This document shows positions 12,742 to 26,499 of a stretch of DNA of 64,000 nt, one piece after another. A program made the position numbers and the translations under genes. The stretch is from Eledone cirrhosa (Eukaryota), in NCBI GenBank assembly GCA_964016885.1, contig OZ024740.1:57474001-57538000 (forward strand), written 5' to 3'. Position 1 is the stretch's first letter, and the number at the start of each line of letters is the position of its first letter. A model generated the notes under the pieces. It was not told where the DNA came from, ran no database searches, and saw nothing but the letters and a program-made list of their open reading frames with translations.

Positions 12742-14558
12742 TCATCATCATCATCACCGTTTTACGTCCGTTCTTCCATGCTAGCATGGGTTAGATGGTT
12801 TGTCCTGTTGTGGGCAGTGTCTGGTCGGCTGACCATGCCTTGCTCATACAGGAACTGAATTTGGCTTGATTTCTACTGCTGGATGCCCTTCCTAACACCA
12901 ACCTCCTTTACAGTGAGTGCTGGGTGCTTTTTTTCCATGGCACCTACACGTCCACTTTACAGTGTGGGCTGGGTGCTTTTTTGCCGTGGCACCTCCACGA
13001 GCACTTTGCAGTGGGAGGGTGTGGGGGCGTATTGTCTATATGCTTCAGCTTGTACCCATGGGAAGTCGGGTACTCTGTATTACTGCGTGACGCCAGAGGT
13101 CACGGTCGTGTGTCATCGCCTTTGAGAGGTGTAATTGGGTAAGATCGGCTTTTATCACCTCATCCCAGGTCTTCTTGGGTCTCCCCACTCCACGGTTTCC
13201 ATTGACTTCTAGTGCTCTGCACCTTTTTATGCAGCTGTCATCCTTCATACGCATCACATGTCCATACCAACGCAACCACCTCTCCTGCACACAGCATTTG
13301 ATTCCTCTTATGCTCAGTCTCTCTCTCTCAATTCATTTATGCTTTGCCGTTCGCGTATATTACTATTTCACATCCATCGGAGCATGCAGGCTTCGTTTCT
13401 TTCTAATCTACGCAAGTCTTCCACCTTCAGCGCCCAGGTCTCACTACCATGTAACATTGCTGTTCGGATACACGCATCATACAGTTTGCCTTTCATTTTG
13501 AGGGAGAAGCCTTTTGCAGCTAGCAGTGGCAGTAGTTCCCTAAACTTCTTCCATCCTGTTCTTACCCTAGTTATTGTACTTTCTGAACACCCACCTCGGC
13601 TGCTAATTCGGTCACCTAGGTAGCAGAAGCTGTCTACTGTTTCTACAGAGCCCTCCCAGAGATTGGTGGTACTTGTTTCCTGTGGCTGTTTGCTGCTTGC
13701 TGTCCCAGCACAGCTGTTACATGTGAAGCCTACATTCTTAATTAAGCTTCCTGAGATCCCGCTATATCTCTTGTGTACCCATTGTTTGCATTTGGGGCAG
13801 AGAATGGAGTTCCTACCTACACCTTTCCTACATACTGAGCAAGGCCATTTCCCTGAGGGGATCTGGGTTCTGTTTTCTCGTCTACTTACAAGGACCTTAG
13901 TCTTTGTCATGTTGACTTTGAGACCCTTTCTTTCTAGTCCTTGCTTCCAAGTTTGGAATTTCTTCTCTAGTTCTACCATAGATTCAGCTATAAGTGCAAG
14001 GTCATCTGCATACAGGAGTTCCCATGGGCATCCGGTCTTAAACTCCTCCATTATTGCCTGCAGGACTATGATGAACAGGAGAGGGCTAAGAACAGAGCCC
14101 TGGTGGACACCAACCTGTACGCTAAATTCCTCGCTATACTCATTGCTAATCCTAACTTTGCTGACTGATCCCCTATACATGGCTTGCACAGCTTTCACAA
14201 GCCATTCATCTACTCCTAGTTTTCTAAGAGCCCACCAGATTATAGCACGTGGAACTCTGTCAAAGGCTTTCTCGAGATCGACGAATGCCAGGTAGAGTGG
14301 CTTACTTTTAGCTAGGTACTTTTCCTGTAACTGCCTCACAAGGAAGAGGGCATTAGTGGTGCCTCTTCCTGGTACAAACCCAAATTGCATCTCATCTAGT
14401 TTCACCCGGTCCCTAATCAACTGTGCTATAACTCTTTCTGTTACTTTCATGACCTGGTCCATCAGCTTTATACCTCTATAGTTTCCTCTATCTAGTGCAT
14501 CGCCTTTACCTTTGTAGCAGTTGACAATGATGCTACTGCACCAATATTTTGGTATGAC
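12742..14558 (-). mobile_element. RTE LINE, 5'-truncated
   Basis: ORFs 13368-14663 and 13045-13290 carry RT motifs, including NYRGIKL and YADD; very similar to 9005-10712. Confidence 0.95.
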
Positions 14559-15075
14559 ATCATCATCATCATCATCATCAGGTTTAGCGTCCGTGTTCCA
14601 CGCTTGCATGGGTTTGGACGGGGGTTTTCCCACTTGAGGCAAGAGTGGTTGTCTTGCTCGCATAGGACTGTCTGGCGGGTTTTCTACAGTTGGATGCCCT
14701 TCCTAACACCAACCACATTTACAGTGTGGGGCTGGGAGGTTTTTACCGTGTTGCCTACACGGCCACATTACAGCGTGGACTGTCTGGCGGGTTTTCTACA
14801 GCTGGATGCCCTTCCTAACACCAACCACATTTACAGTGTGGGACTGGCAGGTTTTTACCGTGTTGCCTACATGGCCACATTACAGCGTGGACTGTGTGTT
14901 TTTTGTTGTGACACCTACACGATCTCATTTGTTTCGGCCTGGATGTTGTGGGACCAACATAACTTTACATTGAAAGAGGCGGTGTGGATGGGGTGGAGGT
15001 GGTGGGACGGGGGGGGGGTGTTTTGATAGAGATGCCTACTGACTGTAGTAGGTTTTTACTTTGTATTTACCTAGT
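14559..15075 (-). mobile_element. RTE 3'-UTR fragment (second subfamily) with internal ~113-bp duplication
   Basis: Matches the 3' UTR at 34960-35346; 'ggactgtctggcggg...cacattacagcgt' occurs twice. Confidence 0.85.
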
Positions 15076-15404
15076 ATTACCTATATATATATATATTGAG
15101 TAAAATGACTGGGGAAATTCAATATATATATGTGTGTGTGTATCTATACATTGGTTGGTGTTAGGAAGGGCATCCAGCCTTAGAAAGCTTGCCAAACAAT
15201 GGCTTGAAAGGATCCTTCAGTTTGTGTCAAAAGACAAGACAACTTCTCCTCACCACTCGATAGAACATATGTAAGCAGGATGCAGACTCCTCAGTGTTTC
15301 TGTAAGACCAGTGTCCCCACTTCTGTAATGACTTGGTCAGTGTAGATCCATCCAACCCTTGCTAGCAGAGAAAACGAACATTAAATGATGATGATACATA
15401 TATA

Positions 15405-15790
15405 TATCATCATCATCATCATCATCATCATTTTCCGTCTGCTTTTCCCTGCTTGGAAGAGTGGGACGACGGGTTGTCCTGTTGTGAGCAGTGTCCGGTC
15501 GGCTGATCTTGTCTTGCTCATACAGGAACTGATTCTGGCTTAATTTCTACAGCTGGATGCCCTTCCTAACACCAACCTCATTTACAGCGAGTGCTGGGTG
15601 CTTTTTTGCCATGGCACTTTGCAGTGAAATGATAGGGACCCCAGTCCCTATCATTTCATTTCTACAGCTGAGTAAACTGGAGCAAAGTGAAATAAAGTGT
15701 CTTGCTCAAGGAAATAACACATCACCCGGTCCGAGAATTGAACTCACAACCTTTCGATTGCAAACCCAATGCTCTAACCACTAAGCCATA
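15405..15790 (-). mobile_element. tRNA-derived SINE with RTE-derived 3' tail
   Basis: A-box (TGGCTTAGTGG) and B-box-like (GTTCAATTC) head, CORE-like 'ccttgagcaagacactt', RTE 3' end and (GAT)n. Copies at 28856-29168, 47895-48268, 48594-48803 and 52105-52352. Confidence 0.8.
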
Positions 15791-15796
15791 TATATA

Positions 15797-16808
15797 TCTG
15801 TATATATATAAAATTAAGTATGTGTGTGTGTCTGTGTGTCTGTGTATTACCTATAGGGGCCTACATCTTACGACCGATTTTCATGAAACTTTACAGGCTC
15901 ATAGATTAGTCATCGGGGAGTGTTTTCTATATATCAGCATATCGTTTTTTTATTCCGGGTCATTCTGCAGATAAAAATCGATAGGGGGTCACTTTTTTTT
16001 AGATATCGAAAAATAAGATTTTTGGCTCTAGTTTCCACATTTTGCCACCGATTTCGTTCAAATTTTAAAGCAAAATAGAATTTATCATTGCACATCCTGT
16101 AATGGCATTATATTTGGCATTTATTGTTCAGGGACGGCGTAGCAGCCACTTAAATATTCAAAAATACCACTTCTAGACTCAAATTTCCACTTTTTCAGCT
16201 CTAGCTCCTACATTAATCAACCTACTTTGTTCAAATTTTACACTAAGTTAGATCTGATTATTTCACGTCTGAAAGTTGCTTACATTTTGGATTTTTTGTT
16301 CAGGAACAGTGTGGCAGCTGCTTAAATATTCAAAAATACCACCTTTTCGCTCAAATTTCCGCCTTTTCGGCTCTAGCTCCCACATTTTTAAACCGATTTC
16401 ATTCAAATTTGAAACTTCGGCTCCACCTCACACATAAATCAATTTATTTGGTTTAACTTTTATACTACAATAGAACCTATCATTGCACATCTTATAGATG
16501 GTCAAAGGCAAAACGATGGCCACTGACGTCGTCTGAGCTTTTAGTTGTGTATTTGAGAATTCATCGGTTTCCAATCAAGTCGCAGGAGGAAATTTGGCTT
16601 AGTGTTAGAGGTCATTACCTCCATCCCCCAGCATGCCGCTTCGTCAGTCACCCGCGTTTCTCAGTGATAGAGGTCATCACAACGCTCCCCCTCGTGGCCT
16701 GTGTGTGGCCATAGATGAGTCATCGAGAAGCAGTCACTAAGATCAACACCTTTTAATCAAAGCAGATATTATTTTAACAACCCAGGCAACGCTGGGTACT
16801 GCTGCTAG
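15797..16808 (+). mobile_element. Non-autonomous Helitron-like element
   Basis: 5' TC + TATATATAAAA + (GT/GTCT) microsatellite; internal ~175-bp subrepeats; 3' hairpin CCCAGGCAACGCTGGG, then CTAG|T. Confidence 0.75.
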
Positions 16809-16990
16809 TATATATATATAAAGGTAAACGAGATATCGTTTTGGGTTACTTTAGTTCAGGTTTAGAGTAATCTGTACCGAGGAGTGTTTCAGCATATGGT
16901 TGTAGATGACTCAACAAGATGTTTACTATGGTAGGTTGGCAAAGGGTAGTTACTTGATTGTTCTGTGATCAGTAGTTCTTGGAGTAGTTA

Positions 16991-18046
16991 TCATCATCAT
17001 CATCGTTTAATGTCTATCTTCCACGCTAGCATGGGTTTAGATGGGAATTGTCCCACTTGAGGCAAGATTGGTTGCCTTGCTCGTATAGGACTGTCTGGCA
17101 GGTCTTCTACAGCTGGATGCCCTTCCTAACACCAACCACATTTACAGTGTGGACTGGGAGGTTTTTACTGTGTTACCTACATGGCCATATTACAGCGTGG
17201 ACTGTGTGTTTTTTTGTCGTGACCCCTACATGACCTCATTTATTTAGGACTGGATGTTGTGGTACCAACATAACTTTACAGACTGTAGGTTTCGCTTTGT
17301 ACTTAGGCAAGGTGGGTCTTCTGTATTACTGCGTAGCGCCAAAGATCTCGGTCCAGTGACATTGTCTTGGAGAGGTGTAAGTGTGTGAGGTCGGATTTTA
17401 TCAAGTCGTCCCAGGTTTTTCTGGGTCTACCTACTCCGTGGCTACCGTCTATTTTGATCGCCCTGCACTTTTTTATACAGCTGTTGTCTTTCATGCGCAT
17501 CACGTGACCATACCAACGTAGTCTTCTCTCCAGTAAACAGCATCTGATCCCTCTTATTCCTAATTTCTCACTTAGTTCATTTATGTTTTGCTGTTTGTGT
17601 ATTACTATTACACATCCAACGGAGCATGCAAGCTTCATTCCTCTCCAGTCTGCGTAGATCCTCTGCACACAATGCCCAGGTCTCACTGCCATGTAACATT
17701 GCTGTTCGTATGCAGTCATCATACAATCTGCCTTTCATTTTTAGAGAGAAACCTTTTGTGGCCAACAGCGGTGTAAGCTCTCTGAACTTTTTCCATCCCA
17801 TTCTGACTGTAGCTACTGTACTTTCAGAGCACCCACCACTACTGCTGATTTTGTCACCCAGGTAACGGAAGGTGTCTACTATTTCTATAGAACCATCTGG
17901 GCAATGAAAAGGAGCTAGTATCCTGTGGGCACTTGCTACTTATTGCACCTGAGCACCACTCATATAAAATATATGTTCTTAGTTAGCTTACCTGTGATCC
18001 CACTACATCTTTTATGCACCCATACCTTGAATTTGGGACATAAAAT
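16991..18046 (-). mobile_element. RTE LINE 3' fragment
   Basis: ORFs 17303-17722 and 17577-17801 (GWKKFREL, RRLRWYGHVMR); (GAT)n tail. Confidence 0.93.
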
Positions 18047-18372
18047 GTGTGTCTATATATTATACACATATGTATATATCAACTATATATATATAGATAA
18101 ATGCTCTGTTTTCTTGATATCTTTAAGAAGGTCATCAACCATGGGTATATATGAAGTCCCTTTCCTATTAATTTAGGGTATATAGACACCCCCTATATGT
18201 TGTGATCGTCTCTTTTCCTTTACTGGGTTTCTGTGTCATTCTAGGTACCACCACAACCAAGTGGGATACATTATGTGATATGACAGGTGTGTTGATGTGT
18301 TGGTGTTCATTCATGTCCTCTTTTGGTAATGTCTTTGTGTGAAATATTCAGCCATGTGAAACAGTGTCTTGC

Positions 18373-18617
18373 TGAATCTCCCTGAGAATTACATTTAAGC
18401 GTACACATTATAAATCTCCGTGAGAATTACATTTAAGAGTACATATGCTGAATCTCCCTGAGAATTACATTTAAGAGTACATGTGCTGAATCTCCCTGAG
18501 AATTACATTTAAGAGTACACATGGTGAATCTCCCTGAGAATTACATTTAAGCATACACATGATGAATCTCCCTGAGAGTTACATTTAAGCGTACACTTAT
18601 GAATCTCCCTGAGAATT
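18373..18617. repeat. 38-bp minisatellite, about 6.5 copies
   Basis: Unit TGAATCTCCCTGAGAATTACATTTAAGAGTACACATG(N) starting at 18373, 18411, 18449 and onward. Confidence 0.93.
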
Positions 18618-18709
18618 TACGAATTTAAATATATACATGTATATACACACACACATGTATAAATATATATATGTATACACACATGTATAAATATATATAT
18701 GTATACACA

Positions 18710-19240
18710 GAAAAACCTGGGACGATTTGATAAATACTGAACTAACACACTTGCACCTCTCTAAGACAATGTCACTGGACCGAGATCTTTAGCGCTACAC
18801 AGTAATACAGAAGACCCGCCTTGTCTATGTACAAAGCGAAACCTGCAGTCAGTAGGCACTTCTTAACCAAATATACACCCCAATCCACTACCCCTACCCT
18901 ATCCTCCCACCAACACAACCCTCTCTCTGTAAAGTTGGTACCACAACATTCAGTCCAAATAAATGAGATAATGAGATCAAGATCGAGATCGTGTAGGTGT
19001 CACAACAAAAAACACACAGTCCACACTGTAATGTGGCCATGTAGGTAACACGGTAAAAAGTTCCCAGTCCACACTGTAAATGTGGTTGGTGTTAGGAAGG
19101 GCATCCAGCCATAGAAAAGCTGCCAAATAGTCCTATATAAGCGAGACATAGTCACCCGACCAACCTTGCCTCAAATGGGACAACTCCCGTCTAACCCATG
19201 CTAGCGTGGAAGATGGACGTTAAACGAAGATGATGATGAT
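18710..19240 (+). mobile_element. RTE LINE 3' end
   Basis: RKTWDDLI...coding end plus 3' UTR and (GAT)n. Confidence 0.9.
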
Positions 19241-19530
19241 GTATAAATCAATATGTGTATATAAGTTATTGGCAAGTTGTGTAAATTAATCTTTAAAAAT
19301 GTATAAGAGAATAAGCTCCCTTAGATTATTAGTAATTTTATTGGAGAAAAAATGTAAAAAATATCAAAACAAATCGATTAAAATTCAAAAAAATAGAGAG
19401 AGAGAAAACGAAAGATACAGTGAGATAGATCAAGAGAGAGCGGTTTCAGACAATACTTTAATTATTACAAGTGTATTCAGCATTTCGTGTAATTGCCAAC
19501 AAACAAACTTCCTTTTTATATATATATATA

Positions 19531-19993
19531 TCTGTCTGTTTGTTTGTTTGTTTGTTCACGAACTCCTCCTATGGTTTTGGAGATAGACCCCCATAACCAT
19601 ATATATTCTGAAACTACATTGCTCAGGGTACTTGGATAAGTATATTTCATTTTAATAAAAGGGTTCCCGGGGGCGCAAACCCCAACTAAAAACCCCTGCT
19701 GAAAATGTTTTCCCTTCAATTTATATGAAATTTAAACCATAGATAAATGACAAGATATGATGCCTATTCACAAAAGTTTTGAATTGATATTTTGAAAAAA
19801 ATTATTAACAAGAAACAAAATAAGAATAAGATTTAATAATGTAATTTTGATTTGATATATTACAAAAAATGTTTTCCAATTTTTCATGCATTACATTTTA
19901 CATTGAGTAATATTGAAATGAAGAGTTTTTCTCCATAATCATTTTCTTACAAAAAATGTGTGACACACAGCAAGGCGCGGGTAATTCGGCTAG
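19531..19993 (+). mobile_element. Non-autonomous Helitron-like element (degenerate)
   Basis: (GTTT)n near the 5' end; 3' 'cagcaaggcgcgggtaattcggCTAG|T'. Confidence 0.55.
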
Positions 19994-20369
19994 TATACTA
20001 TAAAATAAGATAACACTGTTGACCGTGTTTGTCCAGCTTAGAATAGGTACAGCATCTCCCTGCATGTTGTAAGAGGTGACTAAAAGTGTTAGTGTCAAGA
20101 AGGACATTTGATTGTAAAACAATGTTTCAAAAGGTCCAATCCAACTGAAAAGTTGATGTAAAAACTACACATACACACACATATGTCAGGGTCTGACTCA
20201 TGCTGCTTCGACAGCAAACTGGAATTTGGTGTCGAAGTGGCAAGAGCTCAGCCATTGGGCCATGACTCTCTACTATATTTACACTCTACTATCCTAAGTA
20301 TCAAGTACACTGCTGAATAAGGGTCGTTTGAACTATTTATTTATCTATCTACCTATCTACATACCTACA

Positions 20370-20409
<40 letters not shown>

Positions 20410-20411
20410 TA

Positions 20412-23400
20412 CTGTGACAGTAATATCTGCGTATGCACCCCAATCCGGACTTCCTGGCGCTATAAAAGACAGATTCTATGAGACATTGATGCTCACTACC
20501 TCCCAAATAACCGACAGTGACTACATAATTATTTCTGGCGACCTAAATGGTCACGTTGGACAACATTGTGACGGCTATGATGGAATCCATGGAGGCTATG
20601 GGTTTGGTACTAGAAATGAGGAAGGCTCCAAAATCCTGGAATTCTGCGACGCAAATAACCTAACTATCTGTAACACTAACTTCAAAAAACGAGACAATCA
20701 CTTGATCACCTATAGATCAGGGGAACACACCAGTCAGATAGATTATATCCTTACCAGAAGACGTGATAGAGTGTCTGTTGTAAACACTAAATCCCTCCCC
20801 ATGAAGAATGCACCTCCCAACATAGACTCATAGTCAGCGACCTCATAGTCAGGACAAGACGTACTCGACAACAGAGGAGGACTATCCTCAGGAGAAAGAT
20901 ATGGAAGCTAAAGGACCCCACAGCCGGTAATAAATTTAAAAGCATATTACTTGATGCTTTCGACAGTAAGGAAGAGCAATTAGAGTCGTACAATATAGAG
21001 GAACAGTGGGAATTCCTGAAAGCTAACCTGCTGAAGGCAGCAGATGAAGTCTGTGACTGGAGCAGGCCTATAGGCAGGAGGAGAGTAATGTGGTGGTGGA
21101 ACAGTAAGGTGGAGGAGTCAATTAAGGCCAAAAAGCAGGCTTGGAAAGTATGGCGGGATGGGGGAAGTAGAGAAGACTATCAAGTGGCCAGGAGAGAAGC
21201 TAGGAGACAAGTGTACTTCGCAAGAAGGGAAGCAGAGGAAAGAAAGTTCAAGCATGTTCTACAACGCGAGGGCCAAAAACGTGAGGTGTTCAGGATTGCT
21301 AGGCAATGTGTCAAGGAAAACCGTGATATTGTCGGGAAGAAGTGTGTCCTTAATGATGATGGTGTACTTGCCATCACTGACGCTGATAAGAAGGTAGCTT
21401 GGAAGTGTCACTACGAAAGGCTACTAAATGAGGAGAATAAATGGGAGAAAGATAGTCTGCCCCAAATCAATCCAATAGTGGGACCAGCAGTGCTAGTTGA
21501 AGGTAGTATAATAAGTAAGGCAATCAAAGATATGAAGACGGGTAAGGCGGCTGGGCCTTCGGAAATAGTTGCTGAAATGCTGAAAGCATCTGGAACGGTG
21601 GGACACACTATGATCACCCAGATAGTAAACCAAGTCATACAGAATGAGGCCGTTCCGAAGGACTGGCGTAGCAGCATCATTAACTGCTACAAGGGTAAAG
21701 GAGATGCCATAGATAGGGGTAACTATAGAGGCATTAAATTAATCGACCAGGTCATGAAGGTCACAGAAAAAGTAATAGCGCAACTAATCAGAGAACGATT
21801 TGATCTAGATGAAATGCAGTTCGGGTTTGTGTCAGGTAAAAGTACCACAGACGCTCTTTTCATTGTACGACAACTACAGGAGAAGTACCTAGCTAAAAGT
21901 AAACCCCTATACTTAGCTTTTGTTGACCTGGAGAAAGCCTTTGAAAGAGTCCCCCGCTCCATTATCTGGTGGGCTCTTAGAAAACTAGGTGTTGATGAAT
22001 GGCTTGTGAGAGCTATACAAGCCATGTATAAAGAAACAGTCAGCAAGGTTAGAATTAACAACGAATATAGTGAAGAGTTTAGCGTAAAAGTTGGTGTTCA
22101 TCAGGGCTCCGTTCTTAGCCCCCTACTATTTATTATTGCCCTTCAGGCTATAACAGAGGAGTTCAAGACCGGCTGCCAATGGGAACTCCTATATGCAGAT
22201 GATCTAACGCTCATAGCTAAATCAATGGCTGAACTAGAGAAGAAATTCCAAACATGGAAGCATGGCCTAGAATCAAAAGGCCTTAAAGTTAACTTGTCTA
22301 AGACTAAAGTTCTAGTTTGTAGGAAGGAAAATAGGGCACCGGTCCCATCTGGGAAGTGGCTATGCTCAGTGTGTAGGAAAGGAGTAGGCAGAAACTCCAT
22401 TTTATGACCCAAATGCAAAGTATGGGTGCATAAAAGATGTAGCGGGATCACAGGTAAGCTAACTAAGAATATAGATTTTATATATGGCCGGTGCTCTGGT
22501 GCAATAAGTAGCAGCAAGTGCCTACAGAATACTAGCTCATTCCATTGCACAGATGGTTCTATAGAAATAGTGGACACCTTCCATTACCTGCGTGACAAAA
22601 TCAGCAGTGGGGGAGGGTGCTCTGAAAGTACAGTAGCTAGAGTCAGAACAGGATGGAAAAAGTTCAGAGAGCTTATACCACTATTGGCCGCTAAAGGGTT
22701 CTCTCTAAAAATGAAAGGCAGGCTGTATGATGCCTGCATTCGAACAGCAATGTTACATGGCAGTGAGATCTGGGCATTGTGTGCAGAGGATCTACGCAGA
22801 CTGGAGAGGAACGACGCTTGCATGCTCCGCTGGATGTGTAATAGTAATATACGTGAACGGCAAAGCATAAACGAACTAAGGGAGAAATTAGGAATAAGAG
22901 GGATCAGATGTTGTTTACTCGAGAGAAGACTATGTTGGTACGGTCACGTGATGCGCATGAAAGACGACAGCTGTATGAAAAAGTGCAGGGCGATAAAAAT
23001 AGACGGTAGCCACAGAGTAGGCAGACCCAGAAAAATCTGAGACGACTTGATAAATTCCAACCTCACACGCTTACACCTCTCCAAGACAATGTCACTGGAC
23101 CGAGATCTTTGGCGCTACCCAGTAATACAGAAGACCCGCCTTGCCTAAGTACAAAGCAAAACCTACAGTCAGTAGGCACCTCTAACAAAAATACACCCCT
23201 GTCCCACTACCCCCACCCCATCTACACCACCCCCTTCAATGTGAAGTTATGTACCACAACATCCAGTCCGAAACAAATGAGGTCGTGTAGGTGTCACGAC
23301 AAAAAAAACACAGTCCACGCTGTAATGTGGCCGTGTAGGTAACACAGTAAAAACCTCCCAGTCCTCACTGTAAATGTGGTTGGTGTTAGGAAGGGCATCC

Positions 23401-23538
23401 AGCCGTAGAAAACCCGCCAGACAGTCCTATACGAGCAGGACAACCAATCTTGCCTCAAGTAGGAAAACTCCCGTCCAAACCCATGCAAGCGTGGAAGATG
23501 GACGTTAAACGATGATGATGATGATGATGATGATGATG
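20412..23538 (+). mobile_element. Near-full-length RTE LINE (APE endonuclease + RT), disrupted
   Basis: APE motifs ISAYAPQ, GDLNGHVG and SQIDYIL (20414-20833); RT ORFs 21088-22407 and 22426-23040; frameshift and in-frame stops; (GAT)n tail. Confidence 0.96.
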
Positions 23539-25132
23539 TAGGTATGTATGCATAACAGGGAAAGCAGACATTAAAATAATAATGATATATATATATACGC
23601 AGTGAATAATCTCTGGTTCAGAATTTTCATTGATATTGATGTTGATATTGATATTGATTCTTTTGTTGCCAAAGTTCAATATTTTGGCTCATTGAATATT
23701 TTTCCTCATTCGCCTATGTTTATGTGTGTCTCTGTGTGTTAGTGTTCATGTGTCTCTACGTGTAAGTGTTTCTGTGTATGTGTGTGTGATTTTCAGTCAA
23801 ATACTCATTTATATCTATAATAATCTGTTAGTAAAAGTTTTACTGCACTAAGAGTATTTAGTAATATATCATGATAATGATGCTAAGATATATCTTCAGC
23901 TTCATATGCTCTCACTTCATATGAATTCAACTTGAGAACGTGATTTAACCTTCAGTGAATGTGCTATGCATAGCAGTGAAGTTAATATAGCTATAGGGAA
24001 AAGATATTTCAATGATCAGGAAGAATGTGTCAATAAAATATGGAAAATTTTTCTACTCAACAGATACATTGATATTCAGATGCTGGAGTAAGGAAAATAA
24101 AGATATGCACATTTTTCCAGATAACTTTTGATTTTCAATTGGAATTCTTCTCCACTATCATCAAGTCTCATTTCAATTTCTCTGCCAAAGCTTTTGTAAT
24201 GTCTATTCTTTTCTCTCCTCTACTGTTTATTAGTTTATGTAAAAACGCCAAAATTGATCATATCAGTGAATTTTTATCAATATTCATTATATCTAATGTC
24301 CTCTTATGCTAATCCTATATCTTCCACTTTACTTATTTCAATGGTGAAATGAATAAGAACTTATTTAGAGTAAAGTATATTGGAAAGAATAACTATGTTT
24401 TGCAGCTCTGACTGAGTGCAGATTAAGAGAAGATTTTACAACTTTTTTTTTTAAATATATTTAATGAATTTTATTCTAAATAGGAAGTGTATGTAAAGTA
24501 AAACAACTTTTCATTCAATCCCCTTCCTGACAGCAATGTTAAAATGGCTTGCTGCTGAGATGAATGTTTCTTTTCCAATTTATTACATGTATTTTTGTAT
24601 GCTAGTATGTTGAGATGGGGGTTAGAGCTGGAAAAAGCATCCAGCTGGTTTTTACACTACTAACCTGCTAGAAATAGCAGCCAAATTTCTTCATCCTTAA
24701 ATTAAGCCATACTATTTTAGAGAAGAAAGACACATTGGCTAATGCAGTCATGGGTGCTCTATTGGCTAGGAAAAAAACAGGAAGGTCAAGGCTGGAATAT
24801 CTTTATTCATAAGTCTGTATAATCAGAGATGATCTGTGGTTAAGCGACAATACCTACTACTAACTACTCACTGCAGAGGGAGAAGGGGAGGGGAAGGAAT
24901 TAAAAATAAATGTTTAATTCTTTCTTGAGCCAGAAATTATCTTGATTTTATTGTTAACCCCCAGCTAGGCTGATACTCACTTTCCAACTGAGCAGACTCA
25001 AGTAACATGAAAATGCAATGCCTTGATCAAAGGCACAATGTGCTGCCTGGTCTGAAGATTGAACCCATGATCTTATGAGTGTGAGACCAGCACGCTAACC
25101 ACTAGGCCAGACACTATCACAGGAGGGACTAA

Positions 25133-25337
25133 GGGCAGTGGATTGGCAGAGTTGTTAGAGAGTTAGACAAAGGCTTAGCAGTAATTGTTCCAGTTCTCTA
25201 TATTCTTAGTTCAAATCTCAGCAAGGTCAACTTTACCTTCATCCTTCCAGGATCAATAAAGTACTGGAATTGGTAAAATCAACTTTCTTCTCCCCCATAA
25301 ATTGCTGGTCTTGTGCCTGAATTATAAATCATTATTT
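25133..25337 (+). mobile_element. tRNA-derived SINE, 'tttgcctttcatcc' core family
   Basis: Diverged copy of the 57679-57878 unit. Confidence 0.75.
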
Positions 25338-25460
25338 ACCAGACTGGCGAACATATCTTTGAGTTTTTGTTGTTTAGTTATGCAATGTTCAATAATAATT
25401 ACCTCCCTTCATTAAAAATATAGTCTTGATTAATTAAAGTTATCCAGCTTACCACATTAA

Positions 25461-25668
25461 CGCTTTAGCATTTACATTACTCTATATTTACTATTTTATT
25501 TTCATGATAAACACTTTATCGCATATAATATTGAATCTATGAGATTTTGATATTATTTATTTTGAGAACAATACCTTAACGTGAATACGAGCAACTGGTT
25601 ATGGCCAGTTTGAACAGAAAGAGGTGAGAAAATTCTGGCCAGCTACGGCCAGTTTAAATGCTAAAGTC
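25461..25668 (-). mobile_element. piggyBac-type (TTAA) MITE
   Basis: Reverse-complement copy of 5122-5330 with TTAA flanks. Confidence 0.75.
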
Positions 25669-26499
25669 TTAATTATGTTAGCAGTTTCTTAACTATTTAT
25701 TTTTCATACATTTGATATCTTTAGGTTATTTCCCTTGGACTTTATGTTGTTTTTATCACACATATGTATAATGTTTGTTTTGTCATCATCACCATTATTT
25801 AACATCTATTTTATATGCTAGATGCATGAAGCTTCCTCCATCTTCATTGATTTAGCAGACATGAAAATAACTATTCTTAGACGAGGAATCTAATATTCCT
25901 GAAACATGTCAGAAGTTATTCCCATGTCCAGCTGAAGAGTATTTTTCCTCACCAGAATACCTATTTTCAATTTTAATTCATTATAAAAAAAAGTTGTTCC
26001 TTTTCCATTTTGAGTTGTTACCCTTGCCTTTGTTCATTTAAGTATTGTTGAATGTTCTGAGTAAATAATCCATATGGATGAGCCCCTTCTGTGAAGGGTA
26101 GTGTTTTATGGTGAAATAATTGAGAATTCTCCTCAACATGGTGGTCCTAAGAGGCATTGGAAAGACTAATTGAAGTGCATTCTCAAAGCTTGAACAATTC
26201 CTGCTAAGGATCTTGAAGGATTTGCTTTGGATTGGAACATGTGACGGAGAGTTGTATATAAAGCTCTGCAACAGTTTGAAGCTGAATGCACAAGGTAATG
26301 GCATAATTGAAAGGCATCCCATCACCATTGACAAATTCAGTTACTCTATAGTAACAATATGATTTTTCATCCATGTCCAGCTTGTCTTTGGATCTGTCTA
26401 GTTACCTACTGGACTTGTATTGCATCTACAAGCTGATCAGAGATGTGGTTAATATATCTGATGAACAGAGGCAGTGTCATCATCAAATGGATGGATAGC

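Noticed and set aside
18373-18617. CRISPR-like array
   Set aside because: Contiguous tandem units without unique spacers, in a eukaryotic context with no cas genes.
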